Positions 1 through 11,000 of a stretch of 64,000 nucleotides of DNA are shown one piece after another. The stretch is from Planctomycetota bacterium (GTDB lineage Bacteria; Planctomycetota; B15-G4): NCBI GenBank assembly GCA_038212275.1, contig JBBQUR010000014.1, positions 73,533 to 137,532 of the forward strand, in the 5' to 3' direction. The notes under the pieces were generated by a model. It saw only the letters and a program-made list of their open reading frames with translations. It did not search any database and was not told where the DNA came from. Numbering within the stretch: position 1 is the stretch's first letter; each line of letters opens with the position of its first letter. The translations under genes and the position numbers were made by a program.

Positions 1-1544
1 ACCGAGTTCGGAACGACCTCCTTGTCGAAATCGATCCGGAAGTTGGCGCGTGTGGAGATCAGGTTCGGGCTGGTCGGGTCGTTGTCCCCGTTCGGCGTCT
101 TGTTGTAGTTGGCCGGATCGATCGCATCCTTGCCCGGGTCGAGGATGTCGATCGAGGGGAGCGACGTGGTGGTCCCGATCGGAATCGCCGCACCGCGATT
201 GAAGGTCATGTCTGCGGCGCGCGGATCTGCGCCGACCTTGCTCTGGTTGAGCGGGAAGGTGTGGAAGTACGGGTTGCTGACCGTCTCGCTCTTGCTGCGG
301 AGACGCGTGAGGTTGAAGGACACGAAGCCCATCGGCGCCGCGAGCGTGTTGCCCGTGGCGGCGAAGTCGTTCACGGAACCCGGCACCGTGACGTTCGCGC
401 CGAAAACGCGACCGCCGCCGGGCGACAGCGTCGGACTCGGCAGGATGAGCACGCCCGAACTGTCGATCACGCCGTTGACGAGCACGGAGCCCGTCGTGGT
501 GATCGAAGCCGGGTCCTCGTTCGCGATGTAGGTGAACACGTTCGGCTTGTTGATCAGCGACCGCGCACCGACAGGCACGTTGCTTCCCAGCGGATCGATG
601 GTCGCCAGCGCCGTGCCGGTGAGAGAGATGTACGGCACCGCCGTCACGCCACCGATGACGGCAACACCGCTCACGTGCCGGTGCACGAAGGTCTCGTCGA
701 TGGTGTTGTTCATGTCCCCGCCGGGATGCTGAATCCAGCGCGCCTCGATGAACACGTTGGCGGGCAGACTCGTGTCGCTGTCACCGAGGAACGACGTGCT
801 CGCGTTGAAGGCGTTGAAGAGACTCTCGCGATCAAGATCGTACGGGAACACGATCTGGATGAACTGGTGTTCGTCGGACGAGGAGGGACCGACACCGCTG
901 CCCATGCCGTTGAGCGCGCCCATCGTGTAGGGCAGCGTCGGCAGCTTGGGGACCTGGTTGCCCGGGATGTTCGAGAAGAGGCCCGGGCCGCCATCGCCGA
1001 TGCCGTCGTTGTCGAGGTCACCGGCCGTGTAGCCGTTGAACACGAATCCCATGGGAGGCGCGACGACCAGCGACACGTTGGGCTGGCCCGAGGTGGTCTG
1101 GAAGAGGTCGTAGATGTTGTTGGACGCGAAGATGAGCTCGCCGTTCTTGCCCGGGTCGACTCCGGTGGTGTAACCGTCGAAGCCCGAGGCCTGCAGCGAA
1201 CCGCTCGACGGCAGGTTGCCCCAGTCGTTGGTGATGTCCGTACCGCCCGGCTTGCTGATGGCAGCGAGGAAGTTGCGCTCGGCCACATCGATCGGCGCGA
1301 CGCTGTCCGGGTTGCCGCCGTTCACCACGTCGACGCGGGCCCAGTCCCCGTTGGTCGCGACCGTCGCATACGTGACGACCTCGAGATTGGCCTTCGAGGA
1401 GCCGTTGGCGGGCGGTGGCGGCGGCGGCTTCGGACCGCCGCCTCCTGAGCTCCCTCCCCCACCGCCTCCGCCGCAACTGGTCATGGAGGCCACCGAGATG
1501 GCCAGGGCGAAGCCGATGAGCGCGCGCGGAATGCTTCGGGTCAT
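1..1544 (-). CDS. Secreted lipoprotein, 5' portion (gene continues past window start); signal peptide MTRSIPRALIGFALAISVASMTSC followed by poly-Gly and poly-Pro linker
   Basis: Open minus-strand frame from ATG (complement 1544..1542) to window edge, translated by hand; lipobox-like SMTSC; GGGGGGGSSGGGGPKPPPPPP linker; DxDNDG Ca-binding-like motif; not in ORF track because no stop in window. Confidence 0.6.
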   Translation of the reverse strand, partial: MTRSIPRALIGFALAISVASMTSCGGGGGGGSSGGGGPKPPPPPPANGSSKANLEVVTYATVATNGDWARVDVVNGGNPDSVAPIDVAERNFLAAISKPGGTDITNDWGNLPSSGSLQASGFDGYTTGVDPGKNGELIFASNNIYDLFQTTSGQPNVSLVVAPPMGFVFNGYTAGDLDNDGIGDGGPGLFSNIPGNQVPKLPTLPYTMGALNGMGSGVGPSSSDEHQFIQIVFPYDLDRESLFNAFNASTSFLGDSDTSLPANVFIEARWIQHPGGDMNNTIDETFVHRHVSGVAVIGGVTAVPYISLTGTALATIDPLGSNVPVGARSLINKPNVFTYIANEDPASITTTGSVLVNGVIDSSGVLILPSPTLSPGGGRVFGANVTVPGSVNDFAATGNTLAAPMGFVSFNLTRLRSKSETVSNPYFHTFPLNQSKVGADPRAADMTFNRGAAIPIGTTTSLPSIDILDPGKDAIDPANYNKTPNGDNDPTSPNLISTRANFRIDFDKEVVPNS

Positions 1545-1747
1545 GATTCAGGTCCTTGACGGGTGACGTGGGATCAAGGCTTCGGGACTCTGTCCCACGA
1601 GGGCCGGGGTTGCCCAAGGTGCGCGTGCGGAATGAGGCCTTCCCGCAGCACGGACACTTTAGTCGATTCTCGTGGTCGCCGTCAGACGAGTCAAGCCGCG
1701 ATTGACCCTTGGCGCCGTGATGTAGTCGGCCATCTGCCACCGGTATC

Positions 1748-2773
1748 ATGCGCCCCATGAGCGAGTCTTCCGGCATCTTTCGCACGCTGAGCACGACGGC
1801 GGAGGATGCCGACGGCCCCTTGCGGCCCCGGAGTTTCGAGGAATTCGTGGGACAGGCGCGCGTGGTCGCCAACCTGCGGACCTGGATCGACGCGGCTCGA
1901 CAGAGGGGCAAGAGCCTGGACCACGTCCTGCTCTCGGGGCCGCCCGGCCTCGGCAAGACGACGCTGGCCAACCTCGTGGCCAGCACGCTCGGCTGCCCGC
2001 TCAAGCAGACGTCGGGCCCCGCGCTGGAGCGTCCGGGTGATCTCGTCGGACTGCTCACCGGCCTGGCCGCCGGTGACGTGCTCTTCGTGGACGAGATCCA
2101 CCGCATGCCGCGCAGCGTCGAGGAATACCTTTACGCCGCGATGGAGGACCTCGCGGTGGACGTGGTCATCGACCAGGGCCCCGCGGCGCGCTCCGTCCGC
2201 CTGACCGTCGCGCCGTTCACGCTCATCGGTGCGACGACTCGCGAAGGGCTGCTGACGCACGCCTTCCGCTCGCGCTTCGGAGTCGTCGAGAAACTCGTGC
2301 CGTATCCGGCGCAGGACATCGAGGCCATTCTCAAGCGCTCCGCAGCGCGCCTCGGTTGCCGCCTCGACGACGACGCCGCCGGACTCGTGAGCGAACGCAG
2401 CCGCGGTGTGCCACGTGTCGCCAATCGACTCCTGCGCCGTCTTCGCGACGTCGCCGACCTCGAGAACGAGGGGCACGTCACGCGCGCCGTGGTCGAGCGC
2501 GGTCTCGGCATGCTCGGCATCGACGCCCTGGGTCTGGAGGACATGGATCGCCGCCTGCTGACCGCACTGCTGACGCTCGGCGGCGGCCCCGCCGGCCTCA
2601 AGACGCTGGCCGTCGCGGTCGGAGAGGAAGAGGACACGCTCGAGCAGGTCTACGAGCCGCATCTCATCCGCCTCGGCTTCCTCAAGCGCACGCCCCGAGG
2701 CCGCCAGCTCACGGACGCCGCGCGCCTCCACCTCGGCGCCGCAGGCGCGGCATCCGGACTCTTCCCCGCGTGA
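1748..2773 (+). CDS. ruvB: Holliday junction branch-migration helicase RuvB
   Basis: AAA+ Walker A GPPGLGKTTLA, DEIHR Walker B, RuvB C-terminal winged helix; ATG at 1748, TGA at 2771. Confidence 0.95.
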   Translation: MRPMSESSGIFRTLSTTAEDADGPLRPRSFEEFVGQARVVANLRTWIDAARQRGKSLDHVLLSGPPGLGKTTLANLVASTLGCPLKQTSGPALERPGDLVGLLTGLAAGDVLFVDEIHRMPRSVEEYLYAAMEDLAVDVVIDQGPAARSVRLTVAPFTLIGATTREGLLTHAFRSRFGVVEKLVPYPAQDIEAILKRSAARLGCRLDDDAAGLVSERSRGVPRVANRLLRRLRDVADLENEGHVTRAVVERGLGMLGIDALGLEDMDRRLLTALLTLGGGPAGLKTLAVAVGEEEDTLEQVYEPHLIRLGFLKRTPRGRQLTDAARLHLGAAGAASGLFPA

Positions 2774-2805
2774 GCATCACGGGCTCCGTGCACGGGCCCT
2801 GCGCG

Positions 2806-3984
2806 ATGGCGCTTGCGCTGCTGCTTGCGGCATCGCTGCCCGCATGCGTCGACACATCGGCGGCGCGGGCGGCCTCGACGACGGCCTCGACTTCTGCCGT
2901 CAACGACTCCATCGACGTCGAGTTCGGCCGCGGGACTCCGCTGCCCGCGATCGCGTGCGCCGGTCGCTGGCGCGCGCTCGACGGCAAGGGCGCCGAGATC
3001 GCCCGCGGCGACAGCCTGCCTGACGGCACCGTGCCCGTGGTCAGCCGCACGTCGGTGCGACTCGGCGACGTGGACTGCGGCCCGCCGCCCGTGGACATCG
3101 TGCCGGCGCGCACCGTGCGCGTGCAGATCAATGGCAAGACGTACCGCGGCGCGCTGCGCCTCGATCTGGTCGGCGGCCAGCCGCGCCTGCTCAATCGCGT
3201 CGCGCTCGAAGACTACCTGCTTGGCGTGCTGCCCGGCGAGATGCCCGAGCGCTTCGGACTCGAGGCGCTCAAGGCCCAGGCCGTCGCGGCGCGCAGCTAC
3301 GCGCTGGCCGAATACGCGCAGCTCGGGCGAGTCTATGCCGACACGCGCAGCCAGGTCTACGCGGGTCGCGATGCCGAATCGGCGCTGACCTCGCGGGCCG
3401 TGCGCGAAACGCGCGGCGAGGTCCTTCTCGCGCCGAACAAGCGCGTGGTCAAGGCCTTCTACTGCTCCACGTGCGGCGGTCTCACGGCCGTCGGCCGCAC
3501 GGTCTTCGATGACGTGCCGGCCGGCGTCATGACCGCGCCGGTCACGTGTCCGGACTGCCGCACGTCCCCCAACTACTCCTGGCAGCGACGGATCTCCGCC
3601 GAACGCATCTGCCTCGCTGCGGAACTGCCGGTCGCACCCCTGGAGAGTGTCCGCCTCTCGCCCGGAACGCTGAAGGACAGGACGCAGACGGTGACCGTGC
3701 GCGCGGGGGGCCGCGAGGCCACGCTCAGTGCGACGACCTTCCGCGAGCGGCTCTCCGCGGGCCGTCCCAAGACCGAGCAACTGCTGTCGACGCTCTTCAT
3801 CGAACAGCCGCGCATCGAGGGCGACGAGCTCGTCGTCGCGGGTCGCGGCTGGGGCCACGGCGTCGGCCTGTGCCAGTACGGCGCCGCGGGCTTCGCGGCG
3901 CGCGGTGCGACCTACGCGGCCATCCTCGGCCGGTACTATCCGGGCGCGGAACTCTCCAGGCGGAGTGCGGCGGACAGCCCGTGA
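2806..3984 (+). CDS. SpoIID/LytB-domain protein (lytic transglycosylase/amidase enhancer), lipoprotein
   Basis: Signal peptide MALALLLAASLPAC; hallmark YCSTCGG and GRGWGHGVGLCQYGA motifs; upstream part of track ORF 2356..3984 overlaps ruvB and is artefact. Confidence 0.85.
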   Translation: MALALLLAASLPACVDTSAARAASTTASTSAVNDSIDVEFGRGTPLPAIACAGRWRALDGKGAEIARGDSLPDGTVPVVSRTSVRLGDVDCGPPPVDIVPARTVRVQINGKTYRGALRLDLVGGQPRLLNRVALEDYLLGVLPGEMPERFGLEALKAQAVAARSYALAEYAQLGRVYADTRSQVYAGRDAESALTSRAVRETRGEVLLAPNKRVVKAFYCSTCGGLTAVGRTVFDDVPAGVMTAPVTCPDCRTSPNYSWQRRISAERICLAAELPVAPLESVRLSPGTLKDRTQTVTVRAGGREATLSATTFRERLSAGRPKTEQLLSTLFIEQPRIEGDELVVAGRGWGHGVGLCQYGAAGFAARGATYAAILGRYYPGAELSRRSAADSP

Positions 3985-5144
3985 CGGAACGCTCGCGCGC
4001 CGCGCAGTTCACGCTTCACGGGACGTGCGGCTCCGCGCGCGCCGGCGTGCTCACGGTGCGGGGTCGCACGCTCGACACGCCCGCCTTCCTGCCGGTGGGC
4101 ACCTACGGCGCGGTCAAGGGCGTGCCGCCGTCGATGCTCGCGGAGCAGGGCGCCGGCATGCTGCTCGCCAACGCCTGCCACCTGCACGACCGCCCCGGCG
4201 CGGACGTGGTGGCAGGACTCGGCGGCCTGCACCGCTTCATGAACTGGAACGGACTGCTGCTCACCGACAGCGGCGGCTTCCAGGTCTTCTCGCTGCTCGA
4301 CATCTCCCGCCTCGACGAGGACGGCGTCACCTTCCGCTCGCCCGTGGACGGCCGGCCGCTTCGCCTCGGTCCGCAGGAGGCCGTCGACGTGCAGCTGCTG
4401 CTCGACAGCGACATCGCCATGGTCTTCGACGACTGCCCGCCGCTTCCGTGCGAGCATTCCCGGCTGGTGCAGTCCGTCGAGCGCACCACGCGCTGGGCCA
4501 CCATCGCACAGGCGGCTCACCGGGAACGCAGCGCAGCCGGCCAGGCGCTGTTTGCCATCGTGCAGGGCGGGCTCGACGACGCATTGCGCGCCACCTCGGC
4601 ACGCGAACTCGTCGCGCTCGACTTCGACGGCTACGCACTCGGCGGCCTTTCCGTCGGCGAGGAGAACAGCGACCTGCGCGCCGCGATGACACGCTACGCC
4701 CCGCTGCTGCCGGAGGATCGCGTGCGCTATCTGATGGGCGTCGGCACGCCCGGCGACGTGCTTGCCGCGATCGCCTCGGGCATCGACATGTTCGATTGCG
4801 TGCTGCCCACGCGGAACGCCCGCCACGGCACGCTGTTCACCCGCTCGCGCGAGGGCAGCGGCTCGATCAACCTGCGCAATCAGCGCTGGCGCAACGAACG
4901 CCGGCCGCTTGATCCGGACTGCGACTGCCCGGCGTGCCGCGACTGGTCCGCCGGCACGCTGCGGCACCTGCTGACGAATGGTGATCCGCTCGGCAGTCTG
5001 CTCTGTTCGCTGCACAATCTGCGCTTCATGCACAGGCTCGTCGCTGCGGCGCGGGCCGCGATTCTCGCCGGCACGCTGCCGGAACTGCTCGCCGAGTGGG
5101 CTCCGCCGGACGCAGCGGAGAGTCCGTCAGCGCGGCCGGTATGA
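3981..5144 (+). CDS. tgt: Queuine tRNA-ribosyltransferase (tRNA-guanine transglycosylase)
   Basis: GTG start in GTGA overlap with previous stop; motifs LPVGTYGAVKG, LTDSGGFQVFSL, C-terminal Zn site CDCPAC..H. Confidence 0.9.
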   Translation: MTERSRAAQFTLHGTCGSARAGVLTVRGRTLDTPAFLPVGTYGAVKGVPPSMLAEQGAGMLLANACHLHDRPGADVVAGLGGLHRFMNWNGLLLTDSGGFQVFSLLDISRLDEDGVTFRSPVDGRPLRLGPQEAVDVQLLLDSDIAMVFDDCPPLPCEHSRLVQSVERTTRWATIAQAAHRERSAAGQALFAIVQGGLDDALRATSARELVALDFDGYALGGLSVGEENSDLRAAMTRYAPLLPEDRVRYLMGVGTPGDVLAAIASGIDMFDCVLPTRNARHGTLFTRSREGSGSINLRNQRWRNERRPLDPDCDCPACRDWSAGTLRHLLTNGDPLGSLLCSLHNLRFMHRLVAAARAAILAGTLPELLAEWAPPDAAESPSARPV

Positions 5145-6263
5145 GACGACCTTGTCGATGACCAGCACCGGGCCGTCCACCGTGGTGAGGAAGAGGCGAC
5201 GACCGCCGAGTTCGACCTGCTTGCCGACGAGCGCCTCGAGCGTGGCCACCTCGGCCGGCGCTGTCAGCTTGAGGATCTCGCCGTCCTTGCCGTGGAGCGT
5301 GTAGACCGGCGAGCCCTCGATGCCTTCCTTGTGCACCGAGCCGCTGCGCGTGACGGCATCACCCTTGCCGCGGAAAGTGAAGCCGATGGCCAGCATCCGC
5401 GACTCCTTCTTCAGCGTGGCGACATCGATGCTGCTGGTCGGCGACGGGGCCACCGGCTGCGCGCGAGCGTCCTGGCGCACCTTCTCCGTCGCGGCGCTGC
5501 CCGCAGCAGACAGCTTGTCTGCGGCATCGAGGTCCGAGCGAAGCGTGCCGAGAATGGTGCGCGTGCGCTCCCATTCCGCGGCAGCCCACAGCTCCGCGAG
5601 GCGCGCACGGCGCGAGGCGCGCGCCGCGGCATCCAGCGTCGCGAGGTTCGTGTCGGCAAGCGCCTCGACCTCGTCGAGCAGCGCGGCTTCGCGCTGGAAG
5701 AGCGGATCCGTGGCGCGCCAGCCGGCGACGGCGGCCTGACGCTGCTGCTCGCGCGTCGCGACCTGATCCGCCCACGCGACGGCGGCCGCCGGGTCGGTGA
5801 CCGCGGGCAGCAAATCATCCGGGGCGTAGAGCGGCGTGTTGACGGGCGCGATCACGCGGGCCCAGCCGTCCACGACTCCGAGCGCTACGATCGGCCCGGC
5901 GCCGGCGGCACACTGCGCGATCGGCAGCAGGCCGTCGGCCGTCGGCAACAGGCGCATGTTCACGCGGTCGCCTCGCACCATGAGCGTCGCATCCGACGGC
6001 GACATGTCGAGGAAGTCCGTGTGCAGGTACACGGTGAAGCCCTGCGGCACGAAGACCTCGCGGAAGGCGCCGCGCAACTCGCCGGTGCGGACGACCGTGT
6101 TGCCGTCGAGCGTGACGACACCGGGAAAGTCCGCGCCAGGTCCGGCCCGCAGGACGGCGCCTGCGGTCGGCTTCGCGAAGGCCGCGCCGGGAAGACTGTC
6201 GCCGGCCGCGGGAACGGGGGAAAGTTGAAGCATCAAGGAGACAATCAGGATCATCGCGTTCAT
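5127..6263 (-). CDS. Hypothetical exported protein
   Basis: Signal peptide MNAMILIVSLMLQLSPVPAAG; 379 aa; convergent 18-bp overlap with tgt; rest of track ORF 5127..7391 is antisense of HEAT gene. Confidence 0.55.
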   Translation of the reverse strand: MNAMILIVSLMLQLSPVPAAGDSLPGAAFAKPTAGAVLRAGPGADFPGVVTLDGNTVVRTGELRGAFREVFVPQGFTVYLHTDFLDMSPSDATLMVRGDRVNMRLLPTADGLLPIAQCAAGAGPIVALGVVDGWARVIAPVNTPLYAPDDLLPAVTDPAAAVAWADQVATREQQRQAAVAGWRATDPLFQREAALLDEVEALADTNLATLDAAARASRRARLAELWAAAEWERTRTILGTLRSDLDAADKLSAAGSAATEKVRQDARAQPVAPSPTSSIDVATLKKESRMLAIGFTFRGKGDAVTRSGSVHKEGIEGSPVYTLHGKDGEILKLTAPAEVATLEALVGKQVELGGRRLFLTTVDGPVLVIDKVVSYRPR

Positions 6264-6308
6264 GTCTGGAAATCTTAGCGTAGAGGGGACGAAGTCCATG
6301 CCGATAAG

Positions 6309-8003
6309 GTGGCCAACATGCTCGCACTCTTCGCGCTGATTCCGATGTTCTTCTGCGCGCCCCACGGCGGGCAGTACATTCCTCCGGTGTCCGATGCCGA
6401 GAACCCGACGGTTCTGGACGGCGTGGTGGCGCAGCCCGGCCTCGGGCCGGAACTCGCCTTCTCGCCCAGCCGCTGGGAGTGGTGGTTCGACTTCAACCAG
6501 GAGCCGCTCCTGGACCTTCGGCGGCGGATGCCGGCCCGGGCACGACTGTCGGGATCCGGCTCCTATGAGCCACTGACCGCCGACGACCGGACCAGCGTCG
6601 TGCTCCCCGCCCTCGTGGCCGCCCTCCGCAAGCGGCCGCCCCCCGTCGGGGAGATCCGTCGCGAGATCAACAACCGGGACGTGCGCGGCGCCGCAGTCCT
6701 CGCCATGGGCCGCCTGGCCCTCCCCGAGGCGGTGCCCTACATCCAGGTCATCGTGGAGTCCGATCCGGACCTCTTCGTCCGGACCCAGGGCGTGCTGGCG
6801 CTGGGCTACTCGGCCAGCCCGCAGGCCGTCGAGGGCCTCGTCGCGCTCTACCGCGACACCGCCGAGAGCGAGGAGATCCGGACCTACGCGGCGGTGGGCC
6901 TGGCCCTCGTCGGCAACGGACAGGCTGTGGACACGCTGCTGGCGTCGCTCAGCGAGAAGGCTCTCAAGGGCATGACCAACCAGCTCCGGGCGGCCACGAT
7001 CTACGCGGCGGGGATCTCCGGCCAACCCAGCCTCGCGGTGGCGCTGCGCGCGCTGGGCGACTCGTTCCTGTTCGGCCAGGACCCGACCGTCCGGGCGCTC
7101 ACCGCGGTCGCGCTCGGCCGCCTCGACGACCCGTCCTCCGTCCCGTTCCTGCTGCAGCTCCTCGGTGACCCGGACAACCAGGTGCGGCGTTCGGTGGCGG
7201 TCGCCTTGCAGGCCAGTTCCGCCCGTCTCGACGCGGCCTCGGTCGCCACGATGATCGCGCATTACCGCAAGGACTCCGACCAGCTCACGCGCCTCAACCT
7301 GCTGCGCGCGCTGGGCTCGGCCCGGTTGCCCGAGTCGCGCGCCTTCCTGCACGAGACGCTGCAGACCGCCACGTACGAGTACCGTCCGCACATCGCCATG
7401 GCCCTTGCGCTCGACGGAGACGCTTCCAACGTCGCGCCGCTGCTCGTGGCGCTCGAGGCGGAAAAGGATCTGTCGACGCTCTCGGCCTTCGCGGTGTCAC
7501 TCGGCCTGCTGCAGGCCGGCGAAGCGACTCCTCCGCTGCTCAAGCTCTTCGAGACCCAGAACGATCCGACGACGCTCGGCTACCTGTGCCTCGCGCTCGG
7601 ACTCATCGATCCCTCGCAGCCGGAACTCTCGACACGCATCGCCTCGATCGCGTCGACGAGCCATGACATCGAGGAGGTGCGGTCGGCGATCATCGCGCTC
7701 GGACTGCTCGGCGCGCGCAGTCAGCTCGACACGCTCGCGGCCGGCGTACCTGCCGTGAAGAGCTCGGTGGAGCGCGCCACGCAGTTGCACGGCCTGGGCC
7801 TTGTCGGCGACCGCAAGACGCTCAAGTCCCTGCTCGCGATGCTGAGCGACGAGTTGCAGCCCATCTACGTGCGCACCTACACGCTGCAGGCACTCGGCGA
7901 ACTGTCGGACCCCCGCGAGCTCTCGCCGAACTGGAAGCTCTCGAGCAACGTCGAGATGAGCCACGAGGTGGGCTTCCTCTTCGAGCTCTACCGCGTGCTC
8001 TGA
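6309..8003 (+). CDS. HEAT/PBS-lyase repeat protein, secreted
   Basis: N-terminal hydrophobic leader; repeated LxxALxDpdxxVRxxAAxALG HEAT-like units throughout. Confidence 0.8.
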   Translation: MANMLALFALIPMFFCAPHGGQYIPPVSDAENPTVLDGVVAQPGLGPELAFSPSRWEWWFDFNQEPLLDLRRRMPARARLSGSGSYEPLTADDRTSVVLPALVAALRKRPPPVGEIRREINNRDVRGAAVLAMGRLALPEAVPYIQVIVESDPDLFVRTQGVLALGYSASPQAVEGLVALYRDTAESEEIRTYAAVGLALVGNGQAVDTLLASLSEKALKGMTNQLRAATIYAAGISGQPSLAVALRALGDSFLFGQDPTVRALTAVALGRLDDPSSVPFLLQLLGDPDNQVRRSVAVALQASSARLDAASVATMIAHYRKDSDQLTRLNLLRALGSARLPESRAFLHETLQTATYEYRPHIAMALALDGDASNVAPLLVALEAEKDLSTLSAFAVSLGLLQAGEATPPLLKLFETQNDPTTLGYLCLALGLIDPSQPELSTRIASIASTSHDIEEVRSAIIALGLLGARSQLDTLAAGVPAVKSSVERATQLHGLGLVGDRKTLKSLLAMLSDELQPIYVRTYTLQALGELSDPRELSPNWKLSSNVEMSHEVGFLFELYRVL

Positions 8004-8025
8004 CGGAGAGGCGCGAGCAGCGGGC

Positions 8026-11000
8026 TCAGCTCTGCGTGCGATAGGCCTCGTCCACCGGTCGCAGCGGGCGATTGAACCAGAGCGGGCGGCGCAGCCCGGA
8101 CGGCCCCTTGCCGGGCCGCGTCCACGAGAGCCACTCGCGATAGACGGCCTGGCTCTTGTCCATGTCCACGACCACGTCGCCGTAGGCATCGTCGGGGCCG
8201 GCCTTCACGACGCGCACCTTCTGGTGCCAGCAGTGCATGCCCGACACGGGGTCGGGATGCACGGCGTGCGTGATGTTCTGGTGCACGCCGCCGTCCTTCC
8301 ACCAGATGCGGCGCGTGTCGGGGTCGGTGGTCTCGCCGGGCTGGGGCCCGGTCAGCGTGCGCATGCGCCAGCTCGAACCTTCCTTCGTGAACGCCACGGT
8401 GTTGACCGCCCAGCGATTCGCCTTCGGGTCCTGCTCGCGGCGCCAGCGCCCGATGTGGTGGCTGCAGCACACGACGCCTGGCCGCACCGCCTCCGTCACC
8501 CAGACGCGATCCACGAAGTGACCGATCTCGGTCTCCACGCGCAGCAGATCGTCGGTGATCACGCCGACGCGCGCGGCGTCCGACGTGTGCATCCAGATCG
8601 GGTTGCGGTGGCTGATCTCCGTGAGCCACTTGCTGTTGCTCGAGCGGCTGTGGATCAGATTGGGCAGGCGGAACGTCGGCAGCAGGCACATCTCGCCGCG
8701 TTCGCGGTCCAGGTTCTTCGGGTGCACGTGGCTGCGGATGTACGTCGGCACTGCGTACTCGGGCCAGCCCCACTCGGTCATCGTCGCCGAGAAGACCTCC
8801 TGGCGACCGGACGGCGTCGGGAAGCCCTTGCACGCGACGCCGTCCACCATGATGCCGAGCGTCGCGCCGTCGGCGCCGACGACGCGGCCGTCGTCCTCGG
8901 TGCGCGCCGCAGCCTGCACCGCTGCAGCGAGAGGCGTCTGGTGCTGCAGCAGCGCCGTCGTCTTCACCGCGAAGGCGCCGAAGCGCTTCATGTAGTCCAG
9001 CGGCGAGAGCTGCTCCTTGCGCGCGGCTTCCGGCAGGCCCGGCACGCGGTCGAAAATGTGGCCGTAGTAGTCGTCCACGCTGAGGCGCTGGCCCTTGCGC
9101 GCCGGGTCGGTGCTCTCGAAGTGCTTGCGGATGCCGAGCGAGCCGTCGGGATCGATCGCCCACGAGAGCGCGATCCAGAACTCGTCTTCCTCCCAGACCT
9201 CGCCGGGGTTGGCCTGCCACGTGAACTCGACGGGCCTGCCGAGGCGGCGCATGGCTTCGCGCAGCACGGGTTGGCGGAAGGCGATCCACACGCCATCGTG
9301 CGTCTCGTAGCTGTTGAGGTCATGGCGCTCGGGGCCGTGGCCCATCGGCAGCACGTAATCGGCGAGGAATGCCGTCTCGTTCCAAGTGGGCGTGAGGGCG
9401 ATGTGGCAGCCCACCTTCGCCTCGTCCGACAGCATCTCGATCCACGAGAAGCCGTCGGGATACGTCCACACCGGGTTGAAGACGCGCGTGAAGTAGGTGT
9501 CCAGCTTCCCGCGGCCCTCGCGCAGGAAGTGCGGCAGCAGAAAGGACATCTCGTAGTGGCAGAGCGGCCATTCCTTCGGGAAGTGCAGCTCGTTCCACAG
9601 GCGCTGCGCCGGCGGATTGTTGGGCAGCTCGGGCACGAACTTGTTCCAGCCCGCGGGCGAAGTGCCGCCCTCCGTGCCGACGCTTCCGGTGAGCACGGAC
9701 AGGAAGTGCAACGCGCGCGCGACCGCCCAGCCGCCGAGGTTGCCGCTGCCCGCCGCGCGCCAGGTGTGCGCCGCGAAGTGGCTGCCGGCCGCGCCGATGC
9801 GCCGCGCGACCGATGCGATCATCGCCGCATCGACGCCCGCCTCCGCCGCCGCAAACTCCGGCGTGTACGCCGCGTAGTCCTCGATCAGCAGCGCGATGAA
9901 GTCCTCGAAGCGGGGTGCGTCGCCGCTGCTGCCGGCGGATGCGCCGGTCGTGGCGCCGGTCGTGGCGCCGGTCGAGGCGCCCGTCGCGGCACCGGTCGCG
10001 GCACCGGTCGTGGCGCCGGTCGCGGCGCCGAGCGAGCCGTCGCGAGTTGCACTGCGTGCTGCGGCCGGCGCGGCGCGGGATGCCGCGTGCCCGGTTGCGT
10101 CGGCGGTCGCAGAGTGCACTGCGCCATGGCCGGCGCCGTGCTGCGCCGCGGCGCCGAGCGTGCCGTCAGCCTGCTGCGCGCGGCGGTACCGCAGATAGTC
10201 GCGCCAGTTCACCCAGTTCTCGACGAAATGGCGGTCGTAGAGCCCTTCGGACAGCAGCACGCGCGCCATCGCGAGCAGCACCGCGGCCTCGCTCCCGGGC
10301 ATCGTCGGCAGCCAGTACGTGGCCATGCTCGCGGTGTTGCTGAGGCGCGGATCCATGACGGCCATCTCGGCGCCGGACTGCAGGCCCTCCATGATCCGCT
10401 GCGCGTGCGGATTGAAGTAGTGACCGGACTCCAGGTGCGCGGAGATGAGCAGGATGAAGCGCGCCTTGCTGTAGTCGGGCGAGGGGCGGTCGTACTTCTG
10501 CCAGAGCCCGTAACCGAAGCGCGCTGCGCCCGAGCAGACGTTCGTGTGGCTGTTGTGACCGTCGATGCCCCAGGCCTTGAGCACGCGGTCCATGTAGCCC
10601 TCGTGGCCCGGACGGCCGACGTGATACACGACCTCGTTGCGCCGCTCCTCGCGCAGCGCCTTCGCGATGCGCCCGCCGATGTCGGCCAGCGCATCGGCCC
10701 AGCTCACGCGCTCCCACTGCCCGCTGCCGCGCGGCCCTTTGCGCTTGAGCGGATACAGGATGCGGTCGGGGTCCTTGACCTGGTTGATCGTGGCCGGACC
10801 CTTGGCGCAGGTGCGGCCGCGGCTCGCCGGGTGGCGCGGATTGCCCTCGAAGCGCGCGACGTCGAGCGTGTCCTTGTCCACGTAGGCGAGCAGGCCGCAG
10901 GCGCTCTCGCAGTTGAAGCACGTCGTCGGCACGAGCATGCGGCGACGGCGCACGCGCTCGGGCCAGCGGCCCGCGGCGTTCTCGAGCCAGTCGTCCCATT

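Noticed and set aside
2356-3984. Track ORF extending the SpoIID-like gene 450 nt upstream into ruvB (similarly 3546..5144 for tgt, 52610..54475 for ackA, 54442 for xfp, 55854 for glgP, 60301 for pqiB)
   Set aside because: The extensions overlap the preceding, well-supported gene and are Arg/Pro-rich. The true starts were placed at signal peptides, SD sequences or stop/start overlaps.
5127-7391. 754-aa minus-strand ORF in the track
   Set aside because: Only the 3' third (5127..6263) has a signal peptide and plausible start. The remainder is antisense to the well-supported HEAT-repeat gene (6309..8003) and is a typical high-GC open antisense frame.
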